In this document: positions 50,261 through 59,567 of the stretch, one piece after another
Layout: the number at the start of each line of letters is the position of its first letter
Position numbering within the stretch: the stretch's first letter is position 1
NCBI GenBank assembly: GCA_041617795.1
Contig: JBFJOD010000001.1
Location: 21,436 to 85,435 of the forward strand
Direction: 5' to 3'
Length of the DNA stretch: 64,000 nt
Source: Gemmatimonadota bacterium
GTDB taxonomy: Bacteria; Gemmatimonadota; Gemmatimonadetes; Palauibacterales; KS3-K002
Notes under the pieces: model-generated
The model's database searches: none
Told to the model about the DNA's origin: nothing
What the model saw: the letters and a program-made list of their open reading frames with translations, nothing else
Translations under genes and position numbers: made by a program

Positions 50261-50668
50261 CTAGCGCTTGCTGAACTGGAAGCGCTTACGGGCCTTTGGC
50301 TGCCCGTATTTCTTTCGCTCGACGCGCCGTGGATCCCGCGTCAGCAGGCCCTCGCGGCGCAGTAAGACCCGGCGATCTTCATCCTCGACCAGCAGCGCAC
50401 GCGCGATTCCCAGCTGGATGGCCCCGGCCTGACCGGTCAGCCCCCCGCCTCGCACGTTCACCGCCACGTCGTAATCCCCGAACGTCTCCGTCGCCCGGAA
50501 AGGCTTCTCGATGATCACCTGATAGGCGCCCCGCGGGAAATACTCCGTCAAAGCGCGGCCGTTGATTTGCCATTCCCCTTTGCCGCGCTTGATGTACACG
50601 CGGGCCACCGAGGTCTTGCGGCGGCCCACCGCGTGGATACGTCCGTCGTCTAACTTCTTACCGATCAT
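50261..50668 (-). CDS. rpsI: 30S ribosomal protein S9
   Basis: 135 aa; C-terminal ...KKYGQPKARKRFQFSKR. Confidence 0.9.
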   Translation of the reverse strand: MIGKKLDDGRIHAVGRRKTSVARVYIKRGKGEWQINGRALTEYFPRGAYQVIIEKPFRATETFGDYDVAVNVRGGGLTGQAGAIQLGIARALLVEDEDRRVLLRREGLLTRDPRRVERKKYGQPKARKRFQFSKR

Positions 50669-50701
50669 TCGCTTGGCTCGGGCAACTGGTGGGTAAAGTT
50701 T

Positions 50702-51133
50702 TTAACCGTCAACCTTGAGCGGCTCCGTCTTCAGCCCCTCGTGTGGGTGCTCGGGGCCGGGATAGACGCGCAGCTTCTTGAGCATCAGCCGCCCCAAGTT
50801 CGTCTTCGGGAGCATGCCCTTGACCGCCCGCCGGATGATGAACTCCGGCCGGCGTTCCAGCATCCGCTTGAACGGTATCAAGCGGGCTCCGCCCATGTAA
50901 CCGCTGTGGCGGAAATACTGCTTCTGGTCGGCTTTCTTGCCCGTCAGCCGGACCTTGGCGGCGTTGACGACGATGACACCGTCTCCACAGTCCACGTGTG
51001 GCGTGTACTCGGGCTTGTGCTTCCCCCGGAGCACCCGCGCCACCTGGGCGGCCAGCCGGCCCAACACGACGCCGTCGGCGTCGACGTAGTACCAGCGTCG
51101 CTCGACTTCCTCGGGCTTGGCCGAGAAGGTCTT
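50702..51133 (-). CDS. rplM: 50S ribosomal protein L13
   Basis: ORF trimmed to [29 protein letters not shown]... Confidence 0.9.
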   Translation of the reverse strand, partial: KTFSAKPEEVERRWYYVDADGVVLGRLAAQVARVLRGKHKPEYTPHVDCGDGVIVVNAAKVRLTGKKADQKQYFRHSGYMGGARLIPFKRMLERRPEFIIRRAVKGMLPKTNLGRLMLKKLRVYPGPEHPHEGLKTEPLKVDG

Positions 51134-51241
51134 CATCGAATTCGTCAGCAGTTCCGCCATCTCACAGTCTCAGTCGGCACCCGTCTACCCTGAAAATACA
51201 GGGCTGAAACCGGTGAAAAGTGCTTTTTGGGACAGCGGAGA

Positions 51242-51270
51242 AGGATATTCGGGGCTCGCGGGTATGTCAA
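51242..51270 (-). promoter_or_regulatory. Candidate sigma-70 promoter of the rplM-rpsI operon
   Basis: Minus strand: TTGACA-17 nt (tacccgcgagccccgaa)-TATCCT; a 5-bp hairpin CCCUG-AAAAUAC-CAGGG follows in the leader at 51188-51203. Confidence 0.45.
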
Positions 51271-51299
51271 GGAAAGACTATACGTTGACTTGGCTGGCC

Positions 51300-52223
51300 C
51301 TAGCCAAGGAAGCTCTCCAACGAGCGGGCCCGCGAGACGTGTCTGAGTCGCGCTAACGCCCGCTCCTTGATCTGCCTGACCCGCTCCCGCGTCACACCCA
51401 GCAGCTGGCCGATCTCCTCGAGCGTCATGGCATCCTCACCGTCCAAACCGTAATAGAGACGGAGTATCTTGGCCTCGCGCGGCTTGAGCGTTGAGAGGGC
51501 GGCCTCAACGTTGATCTTCAGCGCCTTTTCGAACGCTTCTTGCTCCGGGCCGGGTCGAACGTCATCTGGCAGGTAATCGAGGAGCTTGTTGTCCTCGCCG
51601 GGAACGAGCGGAGCATCGAGGGAGAGGTGCGCCATGGCGATGGACATCGTCCGGTACAACTCGTCGGCGTCGACCTCCAGGCCTTCCGCCAACTCGCCGA
51701 CGGTCGGCTCGCGTCCGAGCTCTTGCACGAGCGCGCTCGAGCGCTTGCCAATGCGGTGGAGCTCGCCCGCCCGGTTGAGTGGGACGCGGACGATTCGCGA
51801 CTGCTCCGCCAGCGCCTGCAAAATCGCCTGCCGAATCCACCAGACGGCGTAGCTGATGAACTTGACACCACGGGTCTCATCGAACTTCTCGGCCGCCCGG
51901 ATTAGCCCGAGGTTGCCTTCGTTGATCAGATCCGCCAGGGCAACGCCTTGGTTCTGATATTTCTTGGCGATTGAGACCACGAACCGCAGGTTAGAGTTCA
52001 CAAGCTTTTCCAGCGCGCTGCGATCGCCGCGTCGGATCTTCTTGGCTAAACTGCCTTCCTCGTCCCTGTTGATGAGCGGATAGGCGCTGATCTCGCGAAG
52101 GTACTGGTCCAACGATCCGGGCGGTGTGGCGGCACGGTGGGCGGGACCGAAGCCACGGAAGATCGGCGAGCGATCCGCGGATTCTCCGCGGTCTGAGTTG
52201 TTCGACTTACCGGCTCGACTCAA
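51300..52223 (-). CDS. Sigma-70 family RNA polymerase sigma factor (RpoD/RpoS-like, no region 1.1)
   Basis: 307 aa; region 2 ...LRFVVSIAKKY...GLIRAAEKFD...FISYAVWWIRQAI...; region 4 ...TLEEIGQLLGVTRERVRQIKERAL. Confidence 0.8.
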   Translation of the reverse strand: MSRAGKSNNSDRGESADRSPIFRGFGPAHRAATPPGSLDQYLREISAYPLINRDEEGSLAKKIRRGDRSALEKLVNSNLRFVVSIAKKYQNQGVALADLINEGNLGLIRAAEKFDETRGVKFISYAVWWIRQAILQALAEQSRIVRVPLNRAGELHRIGKRSSALVQELGREPTVGELAEGLEVDADELYRTMSIAMAHLSLDAPLVPGEDNKLLDYLPDDVRPGPEQEAFEKALKINVEAALSTLKPREAKILRLYYGLDGEDAMTLEEIGQLLGVTRERVRQIKERALARLRHVSRARSLESFLG

Positions 52224-52284
52224 GCGAGAACCCCGACGTGGGCTTGGGACTCGGTTGTCATGCTCGATGTTAGCTCAGGAGAAT

Positions 52285-53040
52285 CTATCGAACTAGGTTG
52301 CCCACCCGCCCCCAACGTACTTCGGTCAACCAGGGTAAGGGCCGAAGCTTGCTACGATCGAACGAATAGTAGATAAACAGAGGCCTGCCCTTGATCAGGG
52401 TACGATCCACCAGACCCCAGTATCTCGAGTCCTGCGAATTGTCTCGATTGTCGCCCATGACGAAGTACTTCCCCTCGGGCACAACTAGCGGACCCCAATC
52501 ATCGCGCGTCGGGCGATAATCCTGAGGATCCACCTCTGAAGCAACATAGTCCCGCTGCCACTCGAACTGCGGATCGTAATAGTTGCCATCCGGCTGTGTA
52601 TGCTGGACGTAACCCTCGCTCCTCACTTCTCCGTTCACATACAGCTGGCCCTGCCGCATGGCGACCCGGTCGCCCGGCACACCGACTACCCGCTTCACGT
52701 AGTTCTTCGAAATATCCAGCGGGTACTGAAATACCACGACATCCCCGCGTTCGGGACTATCGAAGGCCGGTAAGCGTACGTCGGTAAATGGCACCTGAGC
52801 ACCATAAACAGCTTTGTTGACCAGGAGGAAATCACCGACCAGGAGAGTTCGCTCCATCGACCCGGTCGGTATCTTGAACGCCTCGACCGCGAAGGTGCGG
52901 ATAACCAGGAACAGGAGAATCGCCACCGAAAGCGACTTGACCCACTCCCACAGCCAGCGGCCGGTACCCGGCGGCTCTGAGCGGCTCCGATCCCCGTCAG
53001 CACCCTTCCTTCGTGCCTGCTCGCGCTTCTTCGCCATCAC
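52285..53040 (-). CDS. lepB: Signal peptidase I
   Basis: 251 aa; catalytic GSMERTLLVGD (Ser), ...KRVVGVPGD... (Lys), GDNRDNSQDSRYWG box E. Confidence 0.85.
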   Translation of the reverse strand: MMAKKREQARRKGADGDRSRSEPPGTGRWLWEWVKSLSVAILLFLVIRTFAVEAFKIPTGSMERTLLVGDFLLVNKAVYGAQVPFTDVRLPAFDSPERGDVVVFQYPLDISKNYVKRVVGVPGDRVAMRQGQLYVNGEVRSEGYVQHTQPDGNYYDPQFEWQRDYVASEVDPQDYRPTRDDWGPLVVPEGKYFVMGDNRDNSQDSRYWGLVDRTLIKGRPLFIYYSFDRSKLRPLPWLTEVRWGRVGNLVR

Positions 53041-53058
53041 GATTCCTTCATCTTCTCC

Positions 53059-53087
53059 AAAAACGCGGAGCCGCGTAACTGCGGCTC
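53059..53087 (-). terminator. Hairpin + U5 (terminator or attenuator-like) immediately upstream of the lepB RBS
   Basis: Minus-strand RNA: GAGCCGC-AGUUAC-GCGGCUC then CGCG-UUUUU then GGAGAAG (lepB SD). Confidence 0.4.
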
Positions 53088-53284
53088 ACGTTACTGTTAC
53101 AAACTTACCATGACCGAAGATCCCGGCTCAACCCTACTACCGGTAAACCCCAACTCTTAGAAATGAGTCCATCACCTGCTACTGCTCCACCGCATCAACC
53201 TAACGGTCGCGTCAGTGCGCCCGCTAGTTCGCAACTTAGCACAACTCCTACCAAGCGCCAAATCCAGTGGCCAGGCGAGCCCAA

Positions 53285-53929
53285 TCATCTCCGCAAGACG
53301 ACATGGTCCCCGCGAATCCCCACGTCGGTTACGAAATCCGGGAGCACAAAGGCCAGCGCATTGGCTGGCAGCGTATCCGACTTGCCCTTCAGCTGCTCGA
53401 TCAAACCATCTCGCACCGGGTCCGGCAGCGTCAGCAATCCGACTTGCACGTTGTCCACATAATAGACCCCCCGCCCCGGACTCAGTCCATCGACCCGGCC
53501 GCGCACCGTCACTCGCGCCGTGTCACCCAGCAGCGCGGCCGCTGCACCCAACCGCTCTAGCCCGGGCAGCTCTCTCATCGCCACCTGTCCGGCCAGAACC
53601 AAGCGTTCCTCCTCAATCCCTGCGGCGACATCGGAAACGAAAGCCGGGAAATAGCCCTTGAGCCCGTGCCGAACCCAGCCATCCAGCTCCTCGGCGCTCA
53701 GCGTCGCCTCTTCGATCTCGCCCTGACCCAGCGCGATGATCTTCTCTTCAGCCCGCCTAGCCAACGCCGGCGCCGCCGGCTCGGCCAGCTCGAGCGCCGG
53801 TTCATCGCGGTTCAGGAAGCCGGAGACATACTCGGCGATCCGATCGCGTCCGAACCAGCCGGCTACAGCTACCGCCAGGATAAGTCCGCCACAACCGACT
53901 ACTGCCAGGCAGCTACGCATACTCCGCAA
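53285..53929 (-). CDS. Hypothetical exported protein (signal-anchored)
   Basis: 214 aa; N-terminal hydrophobic LAVVGCGGLILAVAVAGWF; no recognised domain. Confidence 0.4.
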   Translation of the reverse strand: MRSMRSCLAVVGCGGLILAVAVAGWFGRDRIAEYVSGFLNRDEPALELAEPAAPALARRAEEKIIALGQGEIEEATLSAEELDGWVRHGLKGYFPAFVSDVAAGIEEERLVLAGQVAMRELPGLERLGAAAALLGDTARVTVRGRVDGLSPGRGVYYVDNVQVGLLTLPDPVRDGLIEQLKGKSDTLPANALAFVLPDFVTDVGIRGDHVVLRR

Positions 53930-53935
53930 CCTTTC

Positions 53936-54502
53936 TCACGTTTCCAGCGACGTCCTGTTCACCACGTCGTAGACCGCGCCCCCCGGCTGCAAGCGGCTGC
54001 GCATCAGGTCTACAGCGTCGACGATGAAGGCATCCCGATACATCAGTCCCTGCAGCAAATCATCCAGACCTTTGAATTGACCGGCCGAAGAGCGCTTCCG
54101 CGCGCGACCCAAGGTCAGATGGGGGTGAAATGCCCTGGTTTCGCGCGGGAACCGCAGTTCCGCAAGAACGTTCTCAATGCGCTGTTGTAGCCCCTGCAGC
54201 ACGGCGTTGGCTTCCACACCCACCCAGACAACCTGCGGGCGCCGCAACGATGGGAAGGCACCAAAGCCGGCCAGTGACATCTCAAACGCTTCAGCACCCC
54301 CGACCGCCTGATTCACGGCACCGGCGATGTCAGGCACAAGCTCGTCGGAGACATCACCGAGAAACTTCAACGTCAGGTGAATATTCTCGGGCACGACCCA
54401 GCGAATCGGGTAAGCGGATTCCAACAGCGGTCGAGCCGCCTCGACCAGCCTGTAACGCGCCTCGTTGCTGGGATTAACGGCGACGAAAAGGCGCGTGCTC
54501 AA
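53936..54502 (-). CDS. thpR: RNA 2',3'-cyclic phosphodiesterase (2H phosphoesterase, LigT/ThpR)
   Basis: 188 aa; two H-x-T/S-x motifs HLTLKFLG and HPHLTLGR; ATGA overlap with the upstream PP-loop gene. Confidence 0.8.
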   Translation of the reverse strand: MSTRLFVAVNPSNEARYRLVEAARPLLESAYPIRWVVPENIHLTLKFLGDVSDELVPDIAGAVNQAVGGAEAFEMSLAGFGAFPSLRRPQVVWVGVEANAVLQGLQQRIENVLAELRFPRETRAFHPHLTLGRARKRSSAGQFKGLDDLLQGLMYRDAFIVDAVDLMRSRLQPGGAVYDVVNRTSLET

Positions 54503-55557
54503 TAGAGTTTGAGGGTCACGTAACGCTCGCCGGACTCACTGCAGTGTGCGACGACCGGTGCGCGTTGTTCCGTCAGCAACCTGGCAAAGGATCCGGAATC
54601 AGGACTGACGATCGCGACCTCTCCGTCGGTGCCGGCGCGTTCGATCGTGGCGTGCAGGCCGAGACGCTCCAGCCAACTCCCGGCCGGGGTCATGCGCCCA
54701 CCGGCTGCGCTCAGAGCCTCGGTACCTCCCGATTCGCTGGCCTCGTTCAGCGCCCCGCGCCGGTAGCCTTGCAGGTCGACGCAGGCTCGAGCAAAGCCGC
54801 TCGTCTTGAGCGCAGCGACCGTTTGCGCCCGCAGGCGCGGGTCGGCCAAACGCGACAGGTCCTCGACCCCAACCTCCAACCGCGCCAGACCGTCGTGATA
54901 GCGAACCCGGAGCTCGCTCCAGTCATAGAGGTCGCGCAAGCGGCTCTCGGCCGCCTCGATTCGCTGCAGCCGCTGCGGTGTGACTGCCGACCCGTAGGCG
55001 ACCCGGCTGGCCAGGCACGGCGACGCCGGCACGTCCCAAGTTGGCAACCCCGCTCGACGCGACAGCAAGCGGATCTCCGCCTTGCCGAGCCCAACCTCCT
55101 GAAGCGGTGAGCGAACACCCAGCTCGCGGGCCGCGGCCTGGCCGGGACGGTGATCGTCCAGGTCGTCGGCATTGGAACCATCGAGCACCACGGCGTACCC
55201 TCGCTCACGCGCCAGCCTCACCAGCCGACCGAACAGCTCGGCTTTGCAGAAGTAGCAGCGATTTGTGGGGTTGGCGACGTAATTGGGGTCGTCGAACTCT
55301 CGAGTCTCGATCTCCAGGTGCGGGATTTCGATTTCGGCCGCCACGCGACGGGCCATGTCGAGCTGGACGGCCGGGTAGCTGGGCGAAAGTCCGGTGACGG
55401 CCAGAACACGCCCGCCCCCAAGCGCATCGACCGCCGCCTTTGCCAAGTAAGCCGAGTCGACGCCGCCGCTATAGCCGATGATCACAGACGCACACTCACG
55501 CAGCCGCGCGTGAAGCGTCCGCTCTTTCTGCTCGAGGATACCTAGATCCGGTTTCAT
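54499..55557 (-). CDS. PP-loop ATP pyrophosphatase, LarE / COG1606-like, with ~80-aa C-terminal extension
   Basis: 352 aa; SGGVDS PP-loop (IGYSGGVDSAYLA); ...NRCYFCK... Cys cluster; extra C-terminal region ...ERYVTLKLY. Confidence 0.65.
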   Translation of the reverse strand: MKPDLGILEQKERTLHARLRECASVIIGYSGGVDSAYLAKAAVDALGGGRVLAVTGLSPSYPAVQLDMARRVAAEIEIPHLEIETREFDDPNYVANPTNRCYFCKAELFGRLVRLARERGYAVVLDGSNADDLDDHRPGQAAARELGVRSPLQEVGLGKAEIRLLSRRAGLPTWDVPASPCLASRVAYGSAVTPQRLQRIEAAESRLRDLYDWSELRVRYHDGLARLEVGVEDLSRLADPRLRAQTVAALKTSGFARACVDLQGYRRGALNEASESGGTEALSAAGGRMTPAGSWLERLGLHATIERAGTDGEVAIVSPDSGSFARLLTEQRAPVVAHCSESGERYVTLKLY

Positions 55558-55611
55558 TCGTTGAGCTCGCCACTGACCATCGGCAAATAGTCGGAGAGGT
55601 TGAATGAGGTG

Positions 55612-57165
55612 TCAAGGAGAGACGTCCAGCGCCGAGTCGGCCGAGCGATCGAGTCCGCGGTACTGAATGGCCTCGGCGACATGAGCAGTGCGAACGGCCC
55701 GGCTTCCATCGAGATCGGCAATCGTCCGCGCGATCTTGAGCACCCGGTGAAACGAGCGCGCCGAGAGACTGAACCGGGCCATCGCTGAGCGCAGTAGCGA
55801 CAGCGCGGTATCCTCCGTCCGACAGAACGCCCGAACCTCACGCGCTCCCATCTGGCCGTTCGCATACAGACCCGGCGAAGCGGCGAACCGCTCGCGCTGT
55901 AATGCACGGGCGCCCTCGACACGATTCGCGATCATCGCGGACGTATCACCTGCCCCGTTGCCGGTCAGCTCCGGATACGAGACCTGCGGCACTTCGATGT
56001 GCAGGTCGATGCGATCGAGCAGCGGGCCCGAGACCTTGGCGCGATAGCGGCGGATCATCCGCGGTGTGCAACTGCAGGTTCGACGCGAACCGCCTAGGAA
56101 ACCGCAGGGACAGGGATTCATCGCTGCCGCCAGAACGAAGCGAGCCGGATACGTCAGCGAGCGTGTCGCGCGGCTGATCGTGACCGTCCCGTCCTCGAGT
56201 GGTTGCCGGAGCACCTCGAGCACGTTCCTGCGGAACTCCGTCAGCTCATCGAGAAACAGCACACCGTTGTGGGCCAGCGATGCCTCGCCGGGGCGAGGAA
56301 CGCTGCCACCCCCGACAAGTCCGGCGTCGCTGATCGTGTGATGCGGCGCCCGAAACGGCCGCTCCGTGATCAGACCCCTCTCCGATCTGAGCTGCCCCGC
56401 CACGGAGTGCACGCGGGTGACTTCGATTGCCTCCGCCGGGCTTAGCCGTGGCAGGATGGTCGGCAGGCGGCGCGCCAGCATCGTCTTGCCGCCTCCCGGC
56501 GGACCGATGAACAGGATGTTGTGGCCACCCGCCGCGGCCACTTCCAGCGCCCGCTTCGCGTGGTCCTGTCCGCGCACGTCAGCCAGATCCAGCGACGACG
56601 CGGGCCGCGGCACCAGCAACGAATCCAGGTCGACGTGTGGCCGTCGTAGAGCGACGGCACCACGCACGAAGGCCGTGACCTCGGCCAGCTGGCTGGCTCC
56701 CAGCACCTCGATGCTACTCACAACCGCCGCCTCGGAGACGTTGAGAGTCGGGACGATAAAGCCGCTCAATCCGGCCCGGGCGACCGCCTCGGCCATCGAC
56801 AGCGCACCGCGGATCGGCCGCAACTGTCCATCCAATCCCAGTTCGCCCGCCAGGGCATAACGATCGAGGCGATCCCCGGACAGCTGACCGGTTGCCGCCA
56901 GCAGACCGCAGGCGATTGGCAGGTCGAAGTGGCTACCCTCCTTCTTGATGTCGGCTGGGGCGAGATTGATGGTGATCTTTCGCGGTGGCACTTCGAAGCC
57001 GGAGTTGTTCACGGCGGATAAGACCCGCTCCTTACCTTCCTTAACGGCGCTCTGTGCCAGCCCTACCGTCGCCATCGCGGGCAGTCCCGCGGCCGCGTCG
57101 ACCTCGACGACGACCGGGTAAGCATCGATCCCGAATATCGCAACGCTGTTGACGCGAGCCAGCAT
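55612..57165 (-). CDS. comM: YifB/ComM family Mg-chelatase-like AAA+ ATPase
   Basis: Trimmed to MLARVNSVAIFGIDAYPVVVEVD...; Lon-like N-domain, Walker A FIGPPGGGKTMLA, C-terminal Mg-chelatase subunit ChlI domain. Confidence 0.85.
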   Translation of the reverse strand: MLARVNSVAIFGIDAYPVVVEVDAAAGLPAMATVGLAQSAVKEGKERVLSAVNNSGFEVPPRKITINLAPADIKKEGSHFDLPIACGLLAATGQLSGDRLDRYALAGELGLDGQLRPIRGALSMAEAVARAGLSGFIVPTLNVSEAAVVSSIEVLGASQLAEVTAFVRGAVALRRPHVDLDSLLVPRPASSLDLADVRGQDHAKRALEVAAAGGHNILFIGPPGGGKTMLARRLPTILPRLSPAEAIEVTRVHSVAGQLRSERGLITERPFRAPHHTISDAGLVGGGSVPRPGEASLAHNGVLFLDELTEFRRNVLEVLRQPLEDGTVTISRATRSLTYPARFVLAAAMNPCPCGFLGGSRRTCSCTPRMIRRYRAKVSGPLLDRIDLHIEVPQVSYPELTGNGAGDTSAMIANRVEGARALQRERFAASPGLYANGQMGAREVRAFCRTEDTALSLLRSAMARFSLSARSFHRVLKIARTIADLDGSRAVRTAHVAEAIQYRGLDRSADSALDVSP

Positions 57166-57334
57166 AGCCCCTCCCAACCTGACGCCGAGGGACAGGTTCG
57201 CCGCCTGCCGTCAACGAAACGTCAAACTGGATAGGGGCGCGACGGCAGATTACAACGGCTGAGGCTTGACGGCTGCCGTCGGCTGGCGCAACGTGGCGAG
57301 GCCCACGAAACCTGACAATTAACCTTGGAGTCTG

Positions 57335-58078
57335 GTGAAGACGCCCCGTAAGGTCAGCAAACCGCGACCCCTGCTGCTGGCGGACCTGACGTGGCAGGAA
57401 GTCTCCGAACACTTGGAGCACGACCGCCGCCTGATCTTACCGATCGGCACCTGCGAGCAGCATGGTCGCCATCTTCCACTTGGCACGGATTCACTTGTGG
57501 CGGAACGCCTGGCCCACGACCTGTCCGCCGAATTCGAGGTGCTGGTTGCCCCGACCTTCCACTACGGCGTGAACGTCGACACGGAGGACGACTACGCTGG
57601 GACGGCCTCACTGAGACGAAAGACCCTGCACCGCGCGCTCAACGATCTGCTCGCCTCGTGGGAGGGCCACGGGTTCGAGGAGTTCATACTCCTGACCGCG
57701 AATTTTCATGATCCACACATCGACGCGGTGACTACTGTCGTCACCGAACATGCGCGGGCGCGTGTCGTGGACATCCAAAGCGTGAACATAGCGGAGTTCC
57801 TCGAAGCGCAGACCGGACCCGAGCATGCCGGCGAAGCGGAAACCTCGCTGATGCTGTTCATTCGGCCGGACCTCGTGCGGACGAGTGAGGTCCGCGACTA
57901 CTCGCTCGACCCGAAAGACATGCGGCGTTACCTTCGAGGCCGGATGCCTCGGCCACCGCAAGGCTGGGAGGGCGTAATCGGACATCCAACCGCAGCTTCG
58001 GCGAAGAAAGGTGAAAAGATCTACAATCATGTACTCGATAGGATCCGGGCAAAGATCTTCCAGGCGGCAACACGCTAG
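57335..58078 (+). CDS. Creatininase-family amidohydrolase
   Basis: GTG start; 247 aa; ...LILPIGTCEQHGRHLPLGTD...; family includes creatinine amidohydrolase, MftE and others. Confidence 0.7.
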   Translation: MKTPRKVSKPRPLLLADLTWQEVSEHLEHDRRLILPIGTCEQHGRHLPLGTDSLVAERLAHDLSAEFEVLVAPTFHYGVNVDTEDDYAGTASLRRKTLHRALNDLLASWEGHGFEEFILLTANFHDPHIDAVTTVVTEHARARVVDIQSVNIAEFLEAQTGPEHAGEAETSLMLFIRPDLVRTSEVRDYSLDPKDMRRYLRGRMPRPPQGWEGVIGHPTAASAKKGEKIYNHVLDRIRAKIFQAATR

Positions 58079-58784
58079 CACGGTCGCGCCTCGTCTCGGG
58101 CTGCTGCTCCTTCTGCCCGTAACGTTAGCGGGCGGCGGGTCTGCGCCGCCGACCGGCGATCAGCAGGCGCTGGATAGCGGTAGCTTCACCCTTTTCGTAC
58201 ATGGCGCGCGGATCGGCGAGGAGCGCTTCGTCATTCGGGAGGATCGCGCCGGCGCGGCCGGTCCGATCTACCTGGCGCGGGGCGAACTGAATTTGAAGGT
58301 CGACGGAAGTACCATGCGCATCAACGTGGCGCTCGAAGCGCTCGGCTCCGGCTGTCGGCCTCGGCGCTACGAGGCGGAGATCGATGCAGCGGAGCCCACG
58401 ACGATAGTGGCCAACTTGATGCGCGATCGGCTGAGAATGGACGTGAAGTCAGCCAAGGGACAGGAGATGAAGGAGTTCTTAGTTCGGGAGAAAACGGTCA
58501 TCCTCGACAGGTACATCGCGCACCACTATTTCTTTGCCGCCAAGCTACTAGGTTGCGAATCCGGGTCTGCAGCCGGGATCATTGTGCCCCGCGAAAGAAA
58601 CTACTACTCCGCTCGCATCGTAGATCAAGGTGAAGAGACCGTCCGGGTCGCCGGCCAAGAGTCACGCCTGCGCCATGTCACGATTACACCACAGGGCGGA
58701 AGCGCACGACATGTCTGGCTGGATGGAGACAAAGTGATGAAAGTGCACAACCCCGAAACGGGGTTTCTGGCAGAGCGGTCGTAG
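58029..58784 (+). CDS. Hypothetical exported protein
   Basis: ATG 58029 in frame with ORF 58011..58784; signal peptide ...RLGLLLLLPVTLAGG; overlaps the creatininase-family 3' end by 50 nt. Confidence 0.4.
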   Translation: MYSIGSGQRSSRRQHASTVAPRLGLLLLLPVTLAGGGSAPPTGDQQALDSGSFTLFVHGARIGEERFVIREDRAGAAGPIYLARGELNLKVDGSTMRINVALEALGSGCRPRRYEAEIDAAEPTTIVANLMRDRLRMDVKSAKGQEMKEFLVREKTVILDRYIAHHYFFAAKLLGCESGSAAGIIVPRERNYYSARIVDQGEETVRVAGQESRLRHVTITPQGGSARHVWLDGDKVMKVHNPETGFLAERS

Positions 58785-58823
58785 TTCTGCGACCCGCCCA
58801 CGAACCAAGCAAGGGGGGACTTA

Positions 58824-59537
58824 ATGGATAGCTCAGCGAGACAGCACGATGATGCAGGTGGCGCAGCGGAAGCGCCCAACCTCATACAGCGCGTGATCAT
58901 GGTGTTCATGTCGCCCACCCGGCTGGGTGAAGTACTGCGCCGGCAGTCGCCCTGGTTCTGGACCCTGGCGATCGTCGCGCTCTTCAGCCTGGTGATGTTG
59001 CTGGTGCCGGCGGAGGTCTGGGAAGCGTCGCTCGAAACGCAGATGCGCGCCCGCGACCAGGGACAGGGACCGGACATGGAGACGGCTCTGAAGTTCGCAC
59101 GTTACGGCGCCACCGTGTTCGGGTTGGTGGGGACCTTCGTGTTCGCGGCACTGATCGCCGGGGTCTTGTACCTGGCCTTCAACGTCATGCTGGGCGCCGA
59201 AAGCACCTACAAGCAGCATCTCAGCGCGACGGCTCATATCTATTGGATTAACACCCTCGGCTTCTTGCTGCTGGTGCCGATCTGGATATCGCGAACCGAC
59301 ATGCAGACGCAGCTCGGGCTTGGCCTGCTGCTCCCGGACGCACCTTCATCCTTCGTGGGCCACTTCATCAACAGCATCACGATTTTCGGTCTGTGGTCCT
59401 CTGCCGCGCTGGGTGCCATCGAGTCGGGGCTGAGCGGCGGCCGTATCAGCATTGGCAAGAGCATCGGTGTGGTCCTTGCCCTTTACCTGGTCTCGGCGAT
59501 CGTCCGCGGCGGACTGGCCGGGCTCGGAGCCGGCTGA
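58824..59537 (+). CDS. Yip1-domain (DUF1282) integral membrane protein
   Basis: 237 aa; 5 predicted TM helices, N-terminal cytoplasmic region ...LIQRVIMVFMSPTRLGEVL... Confidence 0.6.
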   Translation: MDSSARQHDDAGGAAEAPNLIQRVIMVFMSPTRLGEVLRRQSPWFWTLAIVALFSLVMLLVPAEVWEASLETQMRARDQGQGPDMETALKFARYGATVFGLVGTFVFAALIAGVLYLAFNVMLGAESTYKQHLSATAHIYWINTLGFLLLVPIWISRTDMQTQLGLGLLLPDAPSSFVGHFINSITIFGLWSSAALGAIESGLSGGRISIGKSIGVVLALYLVSAIVRGGLAGLGAG

Positions 59538-59567
59538 CCTCCTAACACCGGCGAGTCCAGCGCTGTC

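Noticed and set aside
53163-53462. 99-aa plus-strand ORF spanning the non-coding island and the 3' end of the exported hypothetical gene
   Set aside because: It is antisense to a better-supported minus-strand gene, has no RBS, and its translation is Ser/Pro/Thr-rich low complexity.
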